64,000 nt of DNA from Tubiluchus corallicola (lineage: Eukaryota; Animalia; Priapulida), in NCBI GenBank assembly GCA_030141605.1, contig JAQGDQ010002371.1, positions 744,001 through 808,000 on the forward strand. Direction: 5' to 3'. The notes below the pieces were generated by a model. The model ran no database searches and was not told the DNA's origin. It saw only the letters and a list, made by a program, of their open reading frames with translations. The position numbers and the translations under genes were made by a program. Below, piece after piece: positions 41,760 to 55,282 of this stretch (the first letter of the stretch is position 1; the number at the start of each line of letters is the position of its first letter).

Positions 41760-44695
41760 TGTCTGCAAAAACCAACAAAAAACATTTACTGATTTAGCCA
41801 TTATTTTTGATCAATAGATGCTTTTGCCAATACAATTCTCAAATTGACATTTTCAAAATCGTATCATCTTCAGTGAACAAATTACATTCTTTTAGTTGGC
41901 AGTAATGCCGTCACAAGAATTGATCAGAAGCTAATTAATGTTGTCGCTGGACTGAAAATTATATTTGAGCACCAATGCATCAAAAACTGTGCTTTTCACA
42001 ACACCTTTCTGATAACTCCTTGTGTGTGAATTCAGTAATGAAGGCAATTTGCATATTGAAAGCATAATAATAATGTGAATAATCACGTTCCTCCACTCTA
42101 CAACGAATTTGTGAGGCTCGTTATAGTAAAATCACGCGGCTGCGAACATAAAGCTTCTTATGAACACACAAACTGCAAGCAGTATATATTCTTCTATACA
42201 AAGATACTACCTGTTTAAAATGTATAAGTGACAGAAAGCTGATTATCCAGTGCATTACAGTAGAAATTAGCTGACAAAACAACAAACATTTTTTTTATTT
42301 TCAGTCAGTACTTAAACTGTTCAGCTCATTGCACAACTGTTGACTGCCTTACAAAATTACTAAATTTTATGTATAATTTTGCACAGTGACAATGCATAAT
42401 AGATAGGCAGCTGGTTATTTTAAATAAGCCATGTTAGGTCAAAGCTACAGTGTTTCATTTCATTCTAGGAGTTTTAGAAGTCCATACACATATTTTACCC
42501 AGATCTCATGGGTGACTGACGCAGATCAATATGAAATTTTCTGAACAGCAAAACATCTGCGTAACCCTTTATGTGTCACTGCTTATTACAACTCTTCTTC
42601 TTTGGCCATGTTTACCTTCTTGGGCTTTGTAAATCAGGACTCTTGAAAAGCAGTCCCATCTATACAGCAGTTGAAAGTGTAACGTCTCTGAAAGCGTAAA
42701 TCCAGATAAATTTGTATAATGGTTTTGGCCTTTTATTATTTTTAAATTAAGAACGTAGGTTGACGGTAATAGACGTTCCTATAGTTTGACTTTTGTGATA
42801 TCGTAGTTTTATTTTCAGTGATATCTGTTTTTGAGATAGCTGCAGTATCGATAAAGAAACCTCAATTAGACAGATATTTAAAAGCAGAGAAATTCAGGCA
42901 CGTTTGTTTTTACCAAGCTTTCATCCAACTATATACGAACGCAATATTTCTAAATTACTTCTCAAACTTTGATGTTATTCTCGTACGCATCTATTTACTG
43001 ACTTGATTAAGACAGCAAAAGTTCTCCGAAATTCTGAGTGGCTTTTGTTATTGCAGGCTTAGTTTGCATTGTTTCTGAAATAGCTTTTAAAAGTCTGTGA
43101 ATTGTGCCCTTTTAGTATCAAAGTATGTTGTATTAGGACCTATAAATACGTGGTAGATTCTGAGCCAAATTGAGGAATATCTGTGACATCTTACACTCAC
43201 AAAATCTTGCTTTAAAAATAATATTTTGTAGACAATCAATAATTTTCCTCATGATCTGGACGTTCTTCTTAGTTACATATACCAAGTACTTTTATTCTGA
43301 TATAATGATATTTTATGTGGTTAATTAGTGATTGTTATGAGTCATTTATCATTAATTACTTGATCAAAAAATCACATCTAAGATTCATTGAAGTGGCAAA
43401 CTTTATTTTAATTTATTTAATATGGTGTTTACGTTCAAATAACTGGGAATTTAAGTGTGAGTCTGTGCCGTGTGAAACTCTCGGTAGTCTGACTTGCGTT
43501 GATAAAACCATTTGAAAATCTGTCATGCCTAATATGATATCATTATGTTAGTGAAGTTACTGACCATTTTGCTCACAACTTCCTTAAACTGAAAAATACT
43601 GTAGCACCATCGTTATTAAGGACTGAACTTTTTATCACACTGCTATTGGCTTATTGGCAAAACCGATATCAATCAAAATTATGCTGCTTTAAATGGCTCA
43701 ATATCCTTGTATTTCTCATTGCTATTTTTTCTTCTGTCTTGCTAAAAGCTTCAGTTGCATTCTTCTTTCACTCTGATTCTGATGCGACACCCGCCGTTAA
43801 ATTATATTGTCTCGGCTGGCGAACTATCGTTATGAATTTCATAAAGGCACCGGCGAAATTTCGCTCTACAGTCGCTAGCTTGATTTGCAGCTGACACACG
43901 AAAATGAAATCTCCTTTGCTGACAAATTAAAACGCGTTTCTATTATGCCGTAGGTAACTGACACTGCGCATCTCAGTAGCTTCAGCTGCATTGTGAAACT
44001 AGGCTCAATTTATGTGGCAGTTAATTAGCTTTCACGAATTTTTCCCAATAGAAAACGCATAGGAAACACAAAGCCCGATATTCTGGCTTCTAATTAGAAA
44101 TTGTTTATTGCTCACTTTAATAGGAATGAGAGTCTGTAAATTACTCACTGGTGAGCTCTACTGCTAACTGTTATTAAAGCTGGTTGTAATACAAATAAGC
44201 TCAGTTCAATCTGTGTCGCGGTAATTACCCTTGGATGACCATTGGCTTGTCCTTGTTAGGTCGACTAAATTGTCTGCACAAGGTGGATCAATATAGTAAA
44301 TTCACATTGACCCCAATTTATCGTCTGTTGTACAGGAAGCCAGCCTGCTAGTACTTTGACTGGTTTCAGTTTAATGTCAATACTGTTTTGAAATGGCTTC
44401 ACTTCCTTCTTTCTATTTGTCCTCCGAACTGGCATGCGCCTGAAAATTCTCTCTGATCTCAAAAACGTTGCGGATTGGCAGAATGAATTGTTTAGATTAT
44501 ACATATGATATACTCTGCAGAGCATGGAGCTCAACTGAACAGACGACATTGCTGAAATTGTCTTTCTTTTCAGTCCATTAAACCGTTCGATAACCAATTG
44601 TTTTCAATACGTAAACGATTCAATTTAATACCCATTTTTCTGCGAATTTTAGTACTTACAAAACGAATTTTTAGTAGCTTCGCTATGCTTGAAAG

Positions 44696-45500
44696 CAGGG
44701 CCAGCTATACCACTAGGGAAATTAGGCACTTGCCCAGGATGCCAAATTTTTTGGGGCGCCAAATTCTGGAAGTAATTCTTAAATTTTTTAGATTAGTTTT
44801 AGCATAAGTAATTGTATATATTATACTAATGTACTATACTATACTAATATTATACTAATATAACATAGTGTGTGTATAACATAAATGCACAACGTTTTAA
44901 CTTGCTGAAACAAACTGCTTGTGTTATACTCCTGTCGAAATATATAGACGCCAATATGAACTTGTCTTCTTGCAGCAAAATACTTTCCATTTTTGCTTTA
45001 CCTGCCTTCTTAAGATTACATTATTCAACGTTTTATTGTAGACACCATTAGCATGTTAACCCGCTTTTGCGTACAGTGTACATTGTACGCATACTGTGTG
45101 GCAGCAGAGAAAGTAACGACTCTTCATTTTATAAAAAAATTTCTTGCAAAAGCGCATCTAATTATGACAAATAAATCTATAAAAATAGAAGCTTTCAGGG
45201 CCATAATACGGGAAAAACAAGGTAAAAAAGCTGGTGAACATTGAACGGCAAAAGATTCGTCAAAGAACTATTTGCAATCAGACAGAGTTATGGCTGTGAA
45301 GATGATGAAACTAGTAATTTGGTGTATGAAAAAGAAGTTATTGTTTCAAAAATTTTCTGGTGAAAAGATCGAGCGCATAGTCAAGAGTATGTACACGAAC
45401 AATATGCAGCAGAAATTGCAATGGACTCATAAATTCAACTTGAAATGAAATCGACACAAGCTGTAGATAGATAATTGACTACAGTTAATTAGTACACTTA
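44696..45500 (+). mobile_element. Left end and decayed body of a hAT-like element (right end not found)
   Basis: Begins CAGGGCCAGC..TAGGCAC..GGGGCGCC, a typical hAT terminal pattern; K/E-rich interrupted frames at 45180-45450. Confidence 0.4.
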
Positions 45501-45919
45501 GTAAACTAGCTATTGGACAAAAAGCTGCGCATTCAATTTCTCGTTTTGTTATCGTCATTTGATGTATTTTAAGATTATTAATGGTTATCTGTAAATTAAT
45601 TTCTCGGGTAAAGCAGCCATGATGTTCGGGACAGGGTGCTTAGTCCCGTATCTTCGTTGATGGGACACACACTCAGACTGAATGTAACTTACCTAATATA
45701 GATAATTAACACACTTTGCATGAATGTAAATGACATATATTACGAAAAAATAAGATGATCTGAATTTGGTCCATGGTACAAGGGTGCCGATGACGTCGTC
45801 ACTGCCCCTGGCGTACAACTTAGACACAAAATTCTTGTAGCAAATGGCCGATTTCTTATTGGTCCATAATACATTTCGTAACATTTTGTGGCTTCGCTTG
45901 CAAGTTAGGTACAAATAAT

Positions 45920-46612
45920 TTATTTTGCGAACTGGCTAAAGGGTACTGATGACGTAATTTGGTCACTTCGTGTGTTCCTAGATCATATCATTAATCATTT
46001 TACCAAATGAAAGCGCACATAACACTTCCTGTTCGTCCCTGCTAATAGTAGCGAAGAGTCTATCTGTGATCATTTTTAAGTTATAAGCCTCCAAAGTGCA
46101 TGTTCCTAAGCACAATTTCGTGACCTTTTAGTGTCCTGGGACAGTAAGCCAAAATGCAAAATTTTATAAAAATGCCCAAAAACGCTATTAAAATGGTTCA
46201 AAGAAACTTTCCTAAACGTTTGGCAGCTGTATCCAGTCAGTTCTCTTTTTTCAGCTAATAGACCAGACTATTGATTTTGTGAAATGGATAGAGGGGTACC
46301 AATGATGTAATTTGGCCATTTCGAGTGTTCCAATGTCACTAATCGTACTACCAAAAGAAAGCCCACATTTAAGTTCCTATTCGCCCCTAATAGTACATAA
46401 GTGTCTATCTGTAAACGTTTTGGAATTATAAGCCTCCAAAGTGGACTATTTCGTGACCTTTTAGTATCACGGGACAGCGGGCCGAAGTGCAAAATTTTAT
46501 TAAGATCGCCAAAACGCCGTTAGAATGACCTAAAGAATCATTCCTGAAAGTTTGGTAGCTGTGTCTGGTCAGTCTCCATTTCGTTAAAATTTGGCCTTAA
46601 CAGATCAGACTA
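45920..46612. repeat. Diverged tandem pair (~345 bp) of transposon-end-like units, each ending CAGACTA (Academ-like)
   Basis: Both units share TTATAAGCCTCCAAAGTG, TTTCGTGACCTTTTAGT and TGCAAAATTTTAT; units end at 46270 and 46612. Confidence 0.75.
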
Positions 46613-49600
46613 AAAGTTGTTTTAGTAAGTTAGAACGCATTTATCCTATTAGAAGAAGCTAAGATCGATTAAACTGTTTGGTCTAAACCTAGAGCATTGA
46701 ACATAATTCAAAGAGCCAAGAAGTGTTTCTGTAAATCCATGTCTTTAGAAGTGGTTACTTGATCATTTCTTGTCAAAGAGGCATTACATCTTTGCGAAAA
46801 ATATTGGTTTAGCATTGTGTTCAAATGGCGGCCTATGTGACTTGAGCTAACACACGGCTTGATTGCAAAATTAAAACTCTGCATATTTAGAAATTTTATC
46901 TTCCAAAATAGTTTAAAATAGTACAATTAAAGTTTTTAAAAATTTGCAATAAATCGCAAACTAATAATACAAGAAAACAGCTTATTGGTAAGTGTTAAAA
47001 TTAAAAGTATGCTAAATATAAAATTACCTAGAAATGAGTGATATAGTAATTGACAATTTTGAATGAAGGCGGTAAAATTAATCGATGTACTTAAAACCTG
47101 TAATCCACCCATTTGCAATGTGTCTTGAATACATGTATAGGGTATAGGCATTGGGTAAATTGATCGAACAAAGAAAATCAATGAAGTTATGAAATGAACG
47201 AAAAAGAGCTAGGACGTGTCCTGATTTTCAGTCTATAGTATAAGTACAAAAGTTCTCAATGCTTTCTTCTAACATCTGTTCCTTTATCATTGCTTTGATA
47301 TTTCTCTTTCTCCTTTCGACTTTCTTTCTCTCGTCTTTTAACTGATGTCGCTTCTTAGTCGCTCTCACACTCCATACTACCCATTGTTTTACAGTTTCTA
47401 TTTTCGTCACCCTTCCAGACTATCCTTTGCATTTGCAAGATTTGCATCTGAATATCAGAAGTGATGCAGCTGGTGGCATCTTGCAACACAAGAAATCGTA
47501 TGCTTATTGCCTCAGATAAATCTAATTTTTCAGTAACAGACAAAAATGTAAATTTGCCGAATGTCAGTAGAATCATAAAAGCTAAGTTTTTATACGCTAT
47601 TTTGAAGATTATAGCCTTTGACTATACTTTCCTGCAATACAAAATCAAGTTTCACTCAACAAATTAAATTGGAACATATTAACAGATGTTAACAAAAATT
47701 TTAAGCAAAGAGTCATTTAAACAATGCAGCAACACTTCTTTTTCATTCAGTGAAATTTGTTATGACTATGAACGAACTAATAACAGTAACGTGTGCCGTG
47801 GTAGTAATAAATTCAGCGCACTTATTATTTTCGAAACATTTTCGACATGTTATTCGCCAGATTACGTTTATCCGAAAAGCTAGTTTTCATGGCAATAGTT
47901 TGTATTTTCCACACTGATAACTATACAGTTTTCAACTCTTGAAATTGGTAGAATACTGATTGAAGAAGTGAAAAGCTTTATCAGCGTCTACGTTTAAGAC
48001 TTTCCCCATGGGATGGCAAAATTGTCGAATATCATATGAAAGGTAAATGAAAAATAATATGTGGTCGTATTGATTTCCTCTCCCCATATATTACTTACGT
48101 TAGTGATTCCCTCGAACTGAGTCTACTAAGACTGTGCGTCCAAACAACGTAATCGTACACCAAGCCATCTCACAGCTTATTCTCACAGAAGATTGTCGAT
48201 AAACACATAATAGTTTGGTCAGGTTATCAGGTGGCTGCTCTTACTATATTTATTCCTCTGTATCTATATTCTACACTTCATGAATAAATCAGCGCGTGGT
48301 TGATGCATCTCACTTAGGATGTATATTGAGAATTGTAGTCAGATAGTGTTGATCAATGAAACAAGAGTATCAACACATCTACAGTAGCAATGAACCCACC
48401 AAATAAAGCCAATATTATGACTGTTTTTTGTCTTGCTTGTCTTTTTCTGCATATTATTTCCTGTATTGAATTGTATTATTTTTGCAGTCTTCTTAAACTA
48501 TTTACATTGCCGTCTTTCTTCTCTTCCCGCTGCATCTATTTGCACTTCCCTTCCCTTTCTCTCTCCCTTAAACGCGTGGATGTACTGATCATTAATACTG
48601 TCCTTAAAAATAGCCTATAAAATAAAGTTGAGCGGCTGAGTGAAAATAGCCTGATTCCAATCTGCCCTTTTAAAGGTTAGCACTAACAGCAACCCATGAA
48701 ATCGTGCGTTGAGTTCAATTTGGCAGGATCGACTGTTCACATGTGATTTACGCATCTGAACTGCTCGGTGTATTGATGATTGGACTTTCTCAGTAATCCG
48801 ATGCTTGAGGCAAGAAAAGAACATCGACGTAGAGTTAGATTGTGTGCCTAAGCATCCTGTTTTCTGCGTTTGCCCGAAGCACCGTCTAGCATAAATTATC
48901 GACGTTACTCACTCGTGAATGTTATGCAAATGAACATTGTATGGAAGACGTCACTCATATATTTGCTAACTGTATAGCCTCGTTATTGGTTTGTAAATAA
49001 TGCAGCGTGAAGCCACTTAATTAAACTGCATTGTGAGGCATAACAGGTGACCTTTCACTTTCAGGTCAAGGGCATTAAAATCAACCAATTAGCCGTTGCC
49101 TTACTGAATTTTTTATTTGTCTACATAGAAAAGCTAACTTGTTACACATTTTATCGTCAGTTTTCCTATTGAAATTGCTTAAAATTTAGAATTTCATGTG
49201 CCTCCCATTTTCTTATCGTAACCTTATTTGACTAATGTATGACGGTTCAGTGTAAACTATAATCCCATCTGATCTACATAGGCTAAGCTCCAGGGATTTG
49301 GGCCACAACTGGCTGATGTTCAATTACCGTCCTTAATTGGCATCTCGGAAGCACAAGAGTATTTCAAAGCTTACAAATACCATTAAAGCCGCTTGCCGCG
49401 GCTCCGAAAGTACGTCATTACAAATGCTCAAACTATCTTTGGTCGCCTTTTGATAATTTACTCGCGCCTGCTTTTTTTTTACTTGGGCGAATACAACATA
49501 CAATAATTATGGAAATTGATAGTAGTATTCTAGTACTAGTAGGCTAATTTTTATACAAAGATATCTTAATGTGGTGTCTGCAGAAAAAGTTACCCTTGCA

Positions 49601-52600
49601 GCAACTAAGGCAACTCTGAAAGTATCAGTCAAGTTAGTGTCAACAACGTAAAGTTTTTTCATGGAATTTTTGCATGGCAGCTAGGATACTGGTACCACAT
49701 TTTTCGTTTTGAACAGTTTAAACGTCAGCAACAATTGAAATTTTTCGTTTTCGTACAAGTCCTTCATGTCTGACAGCATATTACAAACCTTATTAGGCAA
49801 CCGTAAATGCGGAAATAAGTTCAGATACGCTCTTAACACTGCTCAAGACGTGTCCACACTTTGACTTTTTGCAACAAACTGTAAATCTGGACGTATCGGA
49901 TTTTTGAAGTCCATCTCTTTCTAAACACTCATAATATCACGCAAAAACGTTTTCATGAAATTATGTGCCACGGACGGATGAATGGCGAATTATTAGGGTA
50001 ACAACCCAGTGAAGGAAGCGTAATTTGGCGTAATGTGGAGAGTTGCTGCTTATTGCCTATATTTTTGCGTTTCAATAGCGTATTGGCCGAGACACTCGCA
50101 GCCTGAGGTGAATCTTGGGTGAGGGCGAACATTCTCGAAAAATAAAAAAACAAGCCTCCATAAATTCAGATTCAAATCCTTAAGCATGAGAGTGTGTAGA
50201 AGTGCAAATTATTAGATTATTATGCTCGTGGTTGATTGACCGACAGTATGCACGGTGCTTGTGACTAATTATCACTTGACTTGGCCTGGCCACTGCAGTT
50301 TACTCATCTGTGAGGAGTTTGCAATTTGCGGTAAGTTTCACATTCTGGTTCCGTTCTTAGGTTTTTAAGCAACCCTTGCTTTTTAACCGTACTATTGTAA
50401 GAAGATTTTGATTCTTACCCCAGGTGAGTAACAGGTTGCAGGTTTTGTAACCCTGTCCCTCTAATTTTGCGAGTTAATATAAATTAAAAATGGATGTCTA
50501 ACATAAATAAAAGTAATCAATGTACAGGTTCCCTTAGATCCCGCTGCTCGCGTATAATAATTTCTAACATTCACTGTTTTAATTTAAATGGCAACATACA
50601 CACATTAAATACACGTTTTAACAGCTTAAGTAAATGAATGTAGTTAACGTTAAAGTTTTGATTTCTATGCTTAATAAGTGCCGTGGAACACTTTCAACAA
50701 AGTTGATTTCTAAGTTTTCAAATACATTTTGTTTCATTGCGATTGAAGTTGATGATTAGCACACGAGTGGGCTGTAGTGTGACGACTCGTAGATGATGGT
50801 TAATCGTTCAAAATTCCTATATGTGTAATCTAAATTTTTTTATTTAATTTCAACATATATACCGTTTTAAATCGTGTTTAGTTAAATGATTTTTATTGGC
50901 CATCTGTAAAAATGGTAGCAGAGTTGAATTGTATGTCAGTGCACAGAAAAGACCAAAAATTTAATGTGATCTGCAATGAAGCAAATTAACTAGAGTATTT
51001 ATTAAAACTAGTACGTATAGTGAACGGGATTCTGTAGACGAATAATAGTAAATGAAATTATAATCATCTGCATGAATTTATTTGCGTGAACTCAAAGTCT
51101 GACCATTTTGGTTTAGTAATACAACTACGTTTGGCCTGCAAGTGCTTTTCGAAATTTTGAAACCAGTTCGGCGATTTTAAGTGAAGTTATCTGTATCAAC
51201 AATTGTCCTTAAATGTTCTGGAATGCAAATTTAATTTACATCTTAGCTTAATGACACATTTGTCAAAAATGACTATGGAGCTGCAGTTTTTTACCCTTTA
51301 CATAGCGTTGCTGTGAAATTTCTGCGCAGGAAAAGCTCATGCTACATTCATGAGCTTTCTAGTGTAAATAAAAGCGTGTAAGGTGCCGCAATTACTTGCC
51401 AGTGCCCTGTACTCCAATGCAACAGCAAATAGTGAAAAACATGAAAATTACCCAGAGTAATGAAACTGGATGGACGGCGGAGTTTTCATGCTTTTCATTC
51501 ATTGGTAAATGATTTTGTATATATTACTGTACACTTGAATCGTCTTTTTCGATTGCACGTGGAAAAACTGTAAGTACACAAATGCACCCCAAAAGCGTAG
51601 TGATAAAGAAGTGTAAACCCATGTCGTAAAGGCAGTGCATCAGCATACCATGCCTCACATCCACTTATCATAACCCGTCAGGTAAACGCATATGCATGCT
51701 ATTAGATAAAAATAACACTGAAACTTTGCGTGATAATGTTAGTAAGGAATTGAGCATGTCATAAATGATTAATTAGCCAAGTCTCCAATCATGTTATTTG
51801 TGCTCTACACTGCTTTTGAAGTAAAAACAGTTATCGGCAGCAAACTTTGTATGTGTATTTTATACATGTATTTTATGCATTTTATAAATTATAACACTGC
51901 CACCCCTGTGATTACATTTGTTGTTAAAGTTTTTTGTATGAGGAAAAAGTATAAATACTTTTTCATGAAAAAGTGTAAATAGCATTAAAATGTTGTTCAA
52001 ATAAAAAAGCTTCAGTGTTTTGAAAACAATTTATGTCACGAATAACAGAGAAACTATAGCTTCTGATTAAAATCACGAAATTACATTATTGCTTGTGATC
52101 CAACTTGCGAATTTTTAATTTCCTTTATTAAAAAAATGAACAGTTTGACCAACAACAAGCTAACCGAATTAAACATTTAATAAATTTACGGACATTTTTG
52201 AAACGGTCACTATAAAAAAGGATACGCCTACAGCCGTAGTGTGAACGCTAAAGTTTTAACTTTTGTAATAGTCGTAAAGTTAAAAGAATTAATTTATTAA
52301 TCATCAGGTGAATTTTCAAACCACCTGGTAAGTCTTCGGCATTGGCATAAACAAATGGCCTAATATTAGACAGTTTTCTTGTGCTAGAAATATTTATAAT
52401 TCAAGTATGATTGTGCGCTTTTATTGATCTCACTGATTTTCACGCCTCAAGCGCCCTACTCTGGTAATAGTACACAGATATGAAAGCTTTTACCGGGCTA
52501 CAGAAAGCATTCTAGATTTATTATCCTCCGTTGTAAAACAAGGAAAGGCTTTGCCGCTGTGGAAGGAACTTTATGATATAATTAGCAGCTCTTGCTCATT

Positions 52601-53019
52601 ATTGCCGTGACATGGTCATGACACTGAGCAAGGTGATGGTTGCACCACTAAAAATATTTTGCTCAGCTAATTTACCTACTGATAATCTGGAAAACAGACT
52701 TGGTGCTGACAAGTCAAGTACTTTTTTCATTTTCTTTTCATTTAGTTGGGAACTTTACCAAGGCCCAGTGTAATTAATTATGTGGCATAAGGGATCAACA
52801 ACAGCTTGCATGAATTACATGAATAATATACATGTATTTGCAACAAAATCAGTAGAACGTTTTTACTCTATTTGAGCCTTTTTCAGCTATATAGCTACCT
52901 TTTTTTCAGTTACATAGCTGAGCAAAGTATTGCCTTTAAATGACGTTACAAACCCACAGTTAATTAACGTTGATGCCAAACTTACAAAACAGGAAACGTG
53001 AAAAAGTTGGCATGCAGTC

Positions 53020-53080
53020 TGAATTTGAACCAAGAGCATTCTGCTGAATATGCAGAGATGGCTTAGATCACTAGGTCATA
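53020..53080 (-). mobile_element. Degenerate tRNA-derived SINE head
   Basis: Minus strand has A-box-like TGACCTAGTGA and B-box-like GGTTCAAATTC at tRNA-like spacing; no intact cloverleaf seen. Confidence 0.4.
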
Positions 53081-55282
53081 TTTACAATGACATTTGCTTG
53101 CATGAGAATTGTGGGCACTACACCTGCCGATGGGAAAGAAAAATCGACGTGTGTAAAACCTCTGCATAAATATTCTGTCTAAATTGTTATAGCTAAGAAA
53201 GGCTATTATTTTGTTTTTTAAATTGCAGACCCTATACACGGCGACACTGAGTTACTACAAATGTGCCATTGTTGAACTTCAAAATTCATTTCCCAGTCTT
53301 TACAACATGAAAATGTCGCGTAGGGCCCAGCACAAATGGCAGCTTTTCTTAGCATTTTAGATGGTTTTTGCATTCGTAGGCACGATTGCAGGTGTTTTAC
53401 GGTTTCGTTGTCGAGAGTTGCTGTCATGGGATTTCTGCCATTTTGTGAACTGAATGCCAAGCATTGAAATATAAAATTTTCGTTTGCATTTATACTTGTT
53501 TGTAGAAGAAAATTGGACGAGGTTTTCTACGTAGAGTTGTAGGCGGAAATCCGCCTACCGCTTCAAATGCCTGAATATCCTAACGCTCTGTTTGCTTTCC
53601 TGACATTTTCATGATGACTGTGGTCACAGAGTTCAATTTTAAGTTGTGTGACCAACTTACTCACATCCCAAAGAAAAAACATCTTCTTGAATTATCTTTA
53701 TTTTTAAAGGCATTGGAAATAAATTTAGGCATATTTTCACATAACAGTTTAACTGATGCAAAGAAATTCGCATTTTTATTTATGTAATTTGGAATTGTTT
53801 GGGTGGGCGGCGGGGAAGGAGTAAAAATCGTGTAGCATGTAGGGTGTCGGCATGCTTTTTCTTTTATTGGCGTATCACGTATTTATCTGAGCACTGTTCA
53901 AAACAGTGAGAATCCGCGAGAATTATTACAGCCGCAAATATTCATTTCTAAATTATCATCATTATTTAAAACTTCCACTGATCTCCCTGCTCATATATAA
54001 TATGCCACTTGAATTACGTATGATCTTTTCACATGGACTGTATAAGAATTTTCCCTTTTAACGCTACTCTAAGATCAAAGATGTAAGGTAATCCCCAGGT
54101 AATGTCATTTTGTGGGAAGGTAAAGTCTTTGGCTCTGGGCAATTCAATTCTAGGAATTTTTTATCTGAAAAACCTTTTGATTCAATCATCATCAAGACAC
54201 AAGGGAATATCTTTAATCTCTTGTTGAGGCTATCCGCAAACATTTTTTCGTACAGCTGGGCAATTCATACAGTGGGAATACAGTACTTAACAACAGAGCC
54301 GATTTATAAATTTTAGTTTATTATCAAAAATAATCCTTGTAAATGAGATACAGAACTGAATACTGAACGTTCTTGCCACGTTTAGATACTATATTTTGCA
54401 TACTCCCTGTACGAGATAAACAGGCGTGAGCAGCATGGCAAATGAAATCGGCCAGATGCAATCTACTGGGTTTCGCCCTTGTTAATGACCTGGCCAGGTA
54501 TCCTTCACTTGCTCGCCGTGATCATTCAGCTGTTGCCTATTTAACTTGATGGTCTTGAAGTAAAATGTGTTTATATACGGCAATGTTTGCTTCGAAGTTC
54601 TTTTAATTAATTTCTAGTAGCTTACCAAATTTTATGGAAAAACTTCAGTCTAAACAGATACATAGTGGTTCCATCTTTTATAACTGAAATAACGCTTAAA
54701 ATTTAATGTTATTTTTTTTGTCTTTTGTTAATTTTCTAAAAAGAAGTGCTTTATTTTTATTAACTGAAATTGACTAACATTTATTAATTATTTATTAACT
54801 GAAAATCGTGTAAAATTTTGAAATTATTTCGTAAGTGCCATTTTATACGCTTTCCAAGCCAATTGACTTGCAATGCCCAAGATGTTTTTTACATGAAGCG
54901 CATTGTATCTTCATATTCAAACGTCATTAATCATGCTAATACCAGCTTCGCAGGCAAATTCACACGCGCCCTACATGTTTTCGACCATAGGATACATTGA
55001 GTATGACATATCATACAGTCATACTATGTCAACTGCAAACATACGTGTACTGTGTAGGGATATGTGTCTCTAAGTTATCTCTATAGCAGACAGACAGATT
55101 GCGCTTGTAAGGGAAACTGGGGCTGCAGAAGAAGCGAATTCATACCAATGATCGCGTACATCTAACAAATTTTCTTAGAAAATCCATCGATTGTTATCCC
55201 CATGGGGCGGCTGATTGAAAATTTGCCCCAAATAGCTTTTGTGTACGGCAGGATTATATAAATATTGGAACGGACTACAATT

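Noticed and set aside
41760-42210. N-terminal 14 aa of the 878-aa ORF call, and many upstream ATGs as uORFs
   Set aside because: A strong acceptor lies 3 nt before the Met at 41759, so the upstream sequence is most likely intron.
45285-45363. SYGCEDDE... as the missing last Acl4 exon
   Set aside because: Poor acceptor, no HIxELL helix or acidic tail, and it lies within a hAT-like relic.
47228-47576. K/E-rich minus-strand ORFs
   Set aside because: Short and frame-broken, with no recognisable domain or splice structure; possibly TE debris.
54498-54505. Perfect U12 donor GTATCCTT
   Set aside because: No supporting exon, and a few chance hits are expected in 128 kb of both strands.
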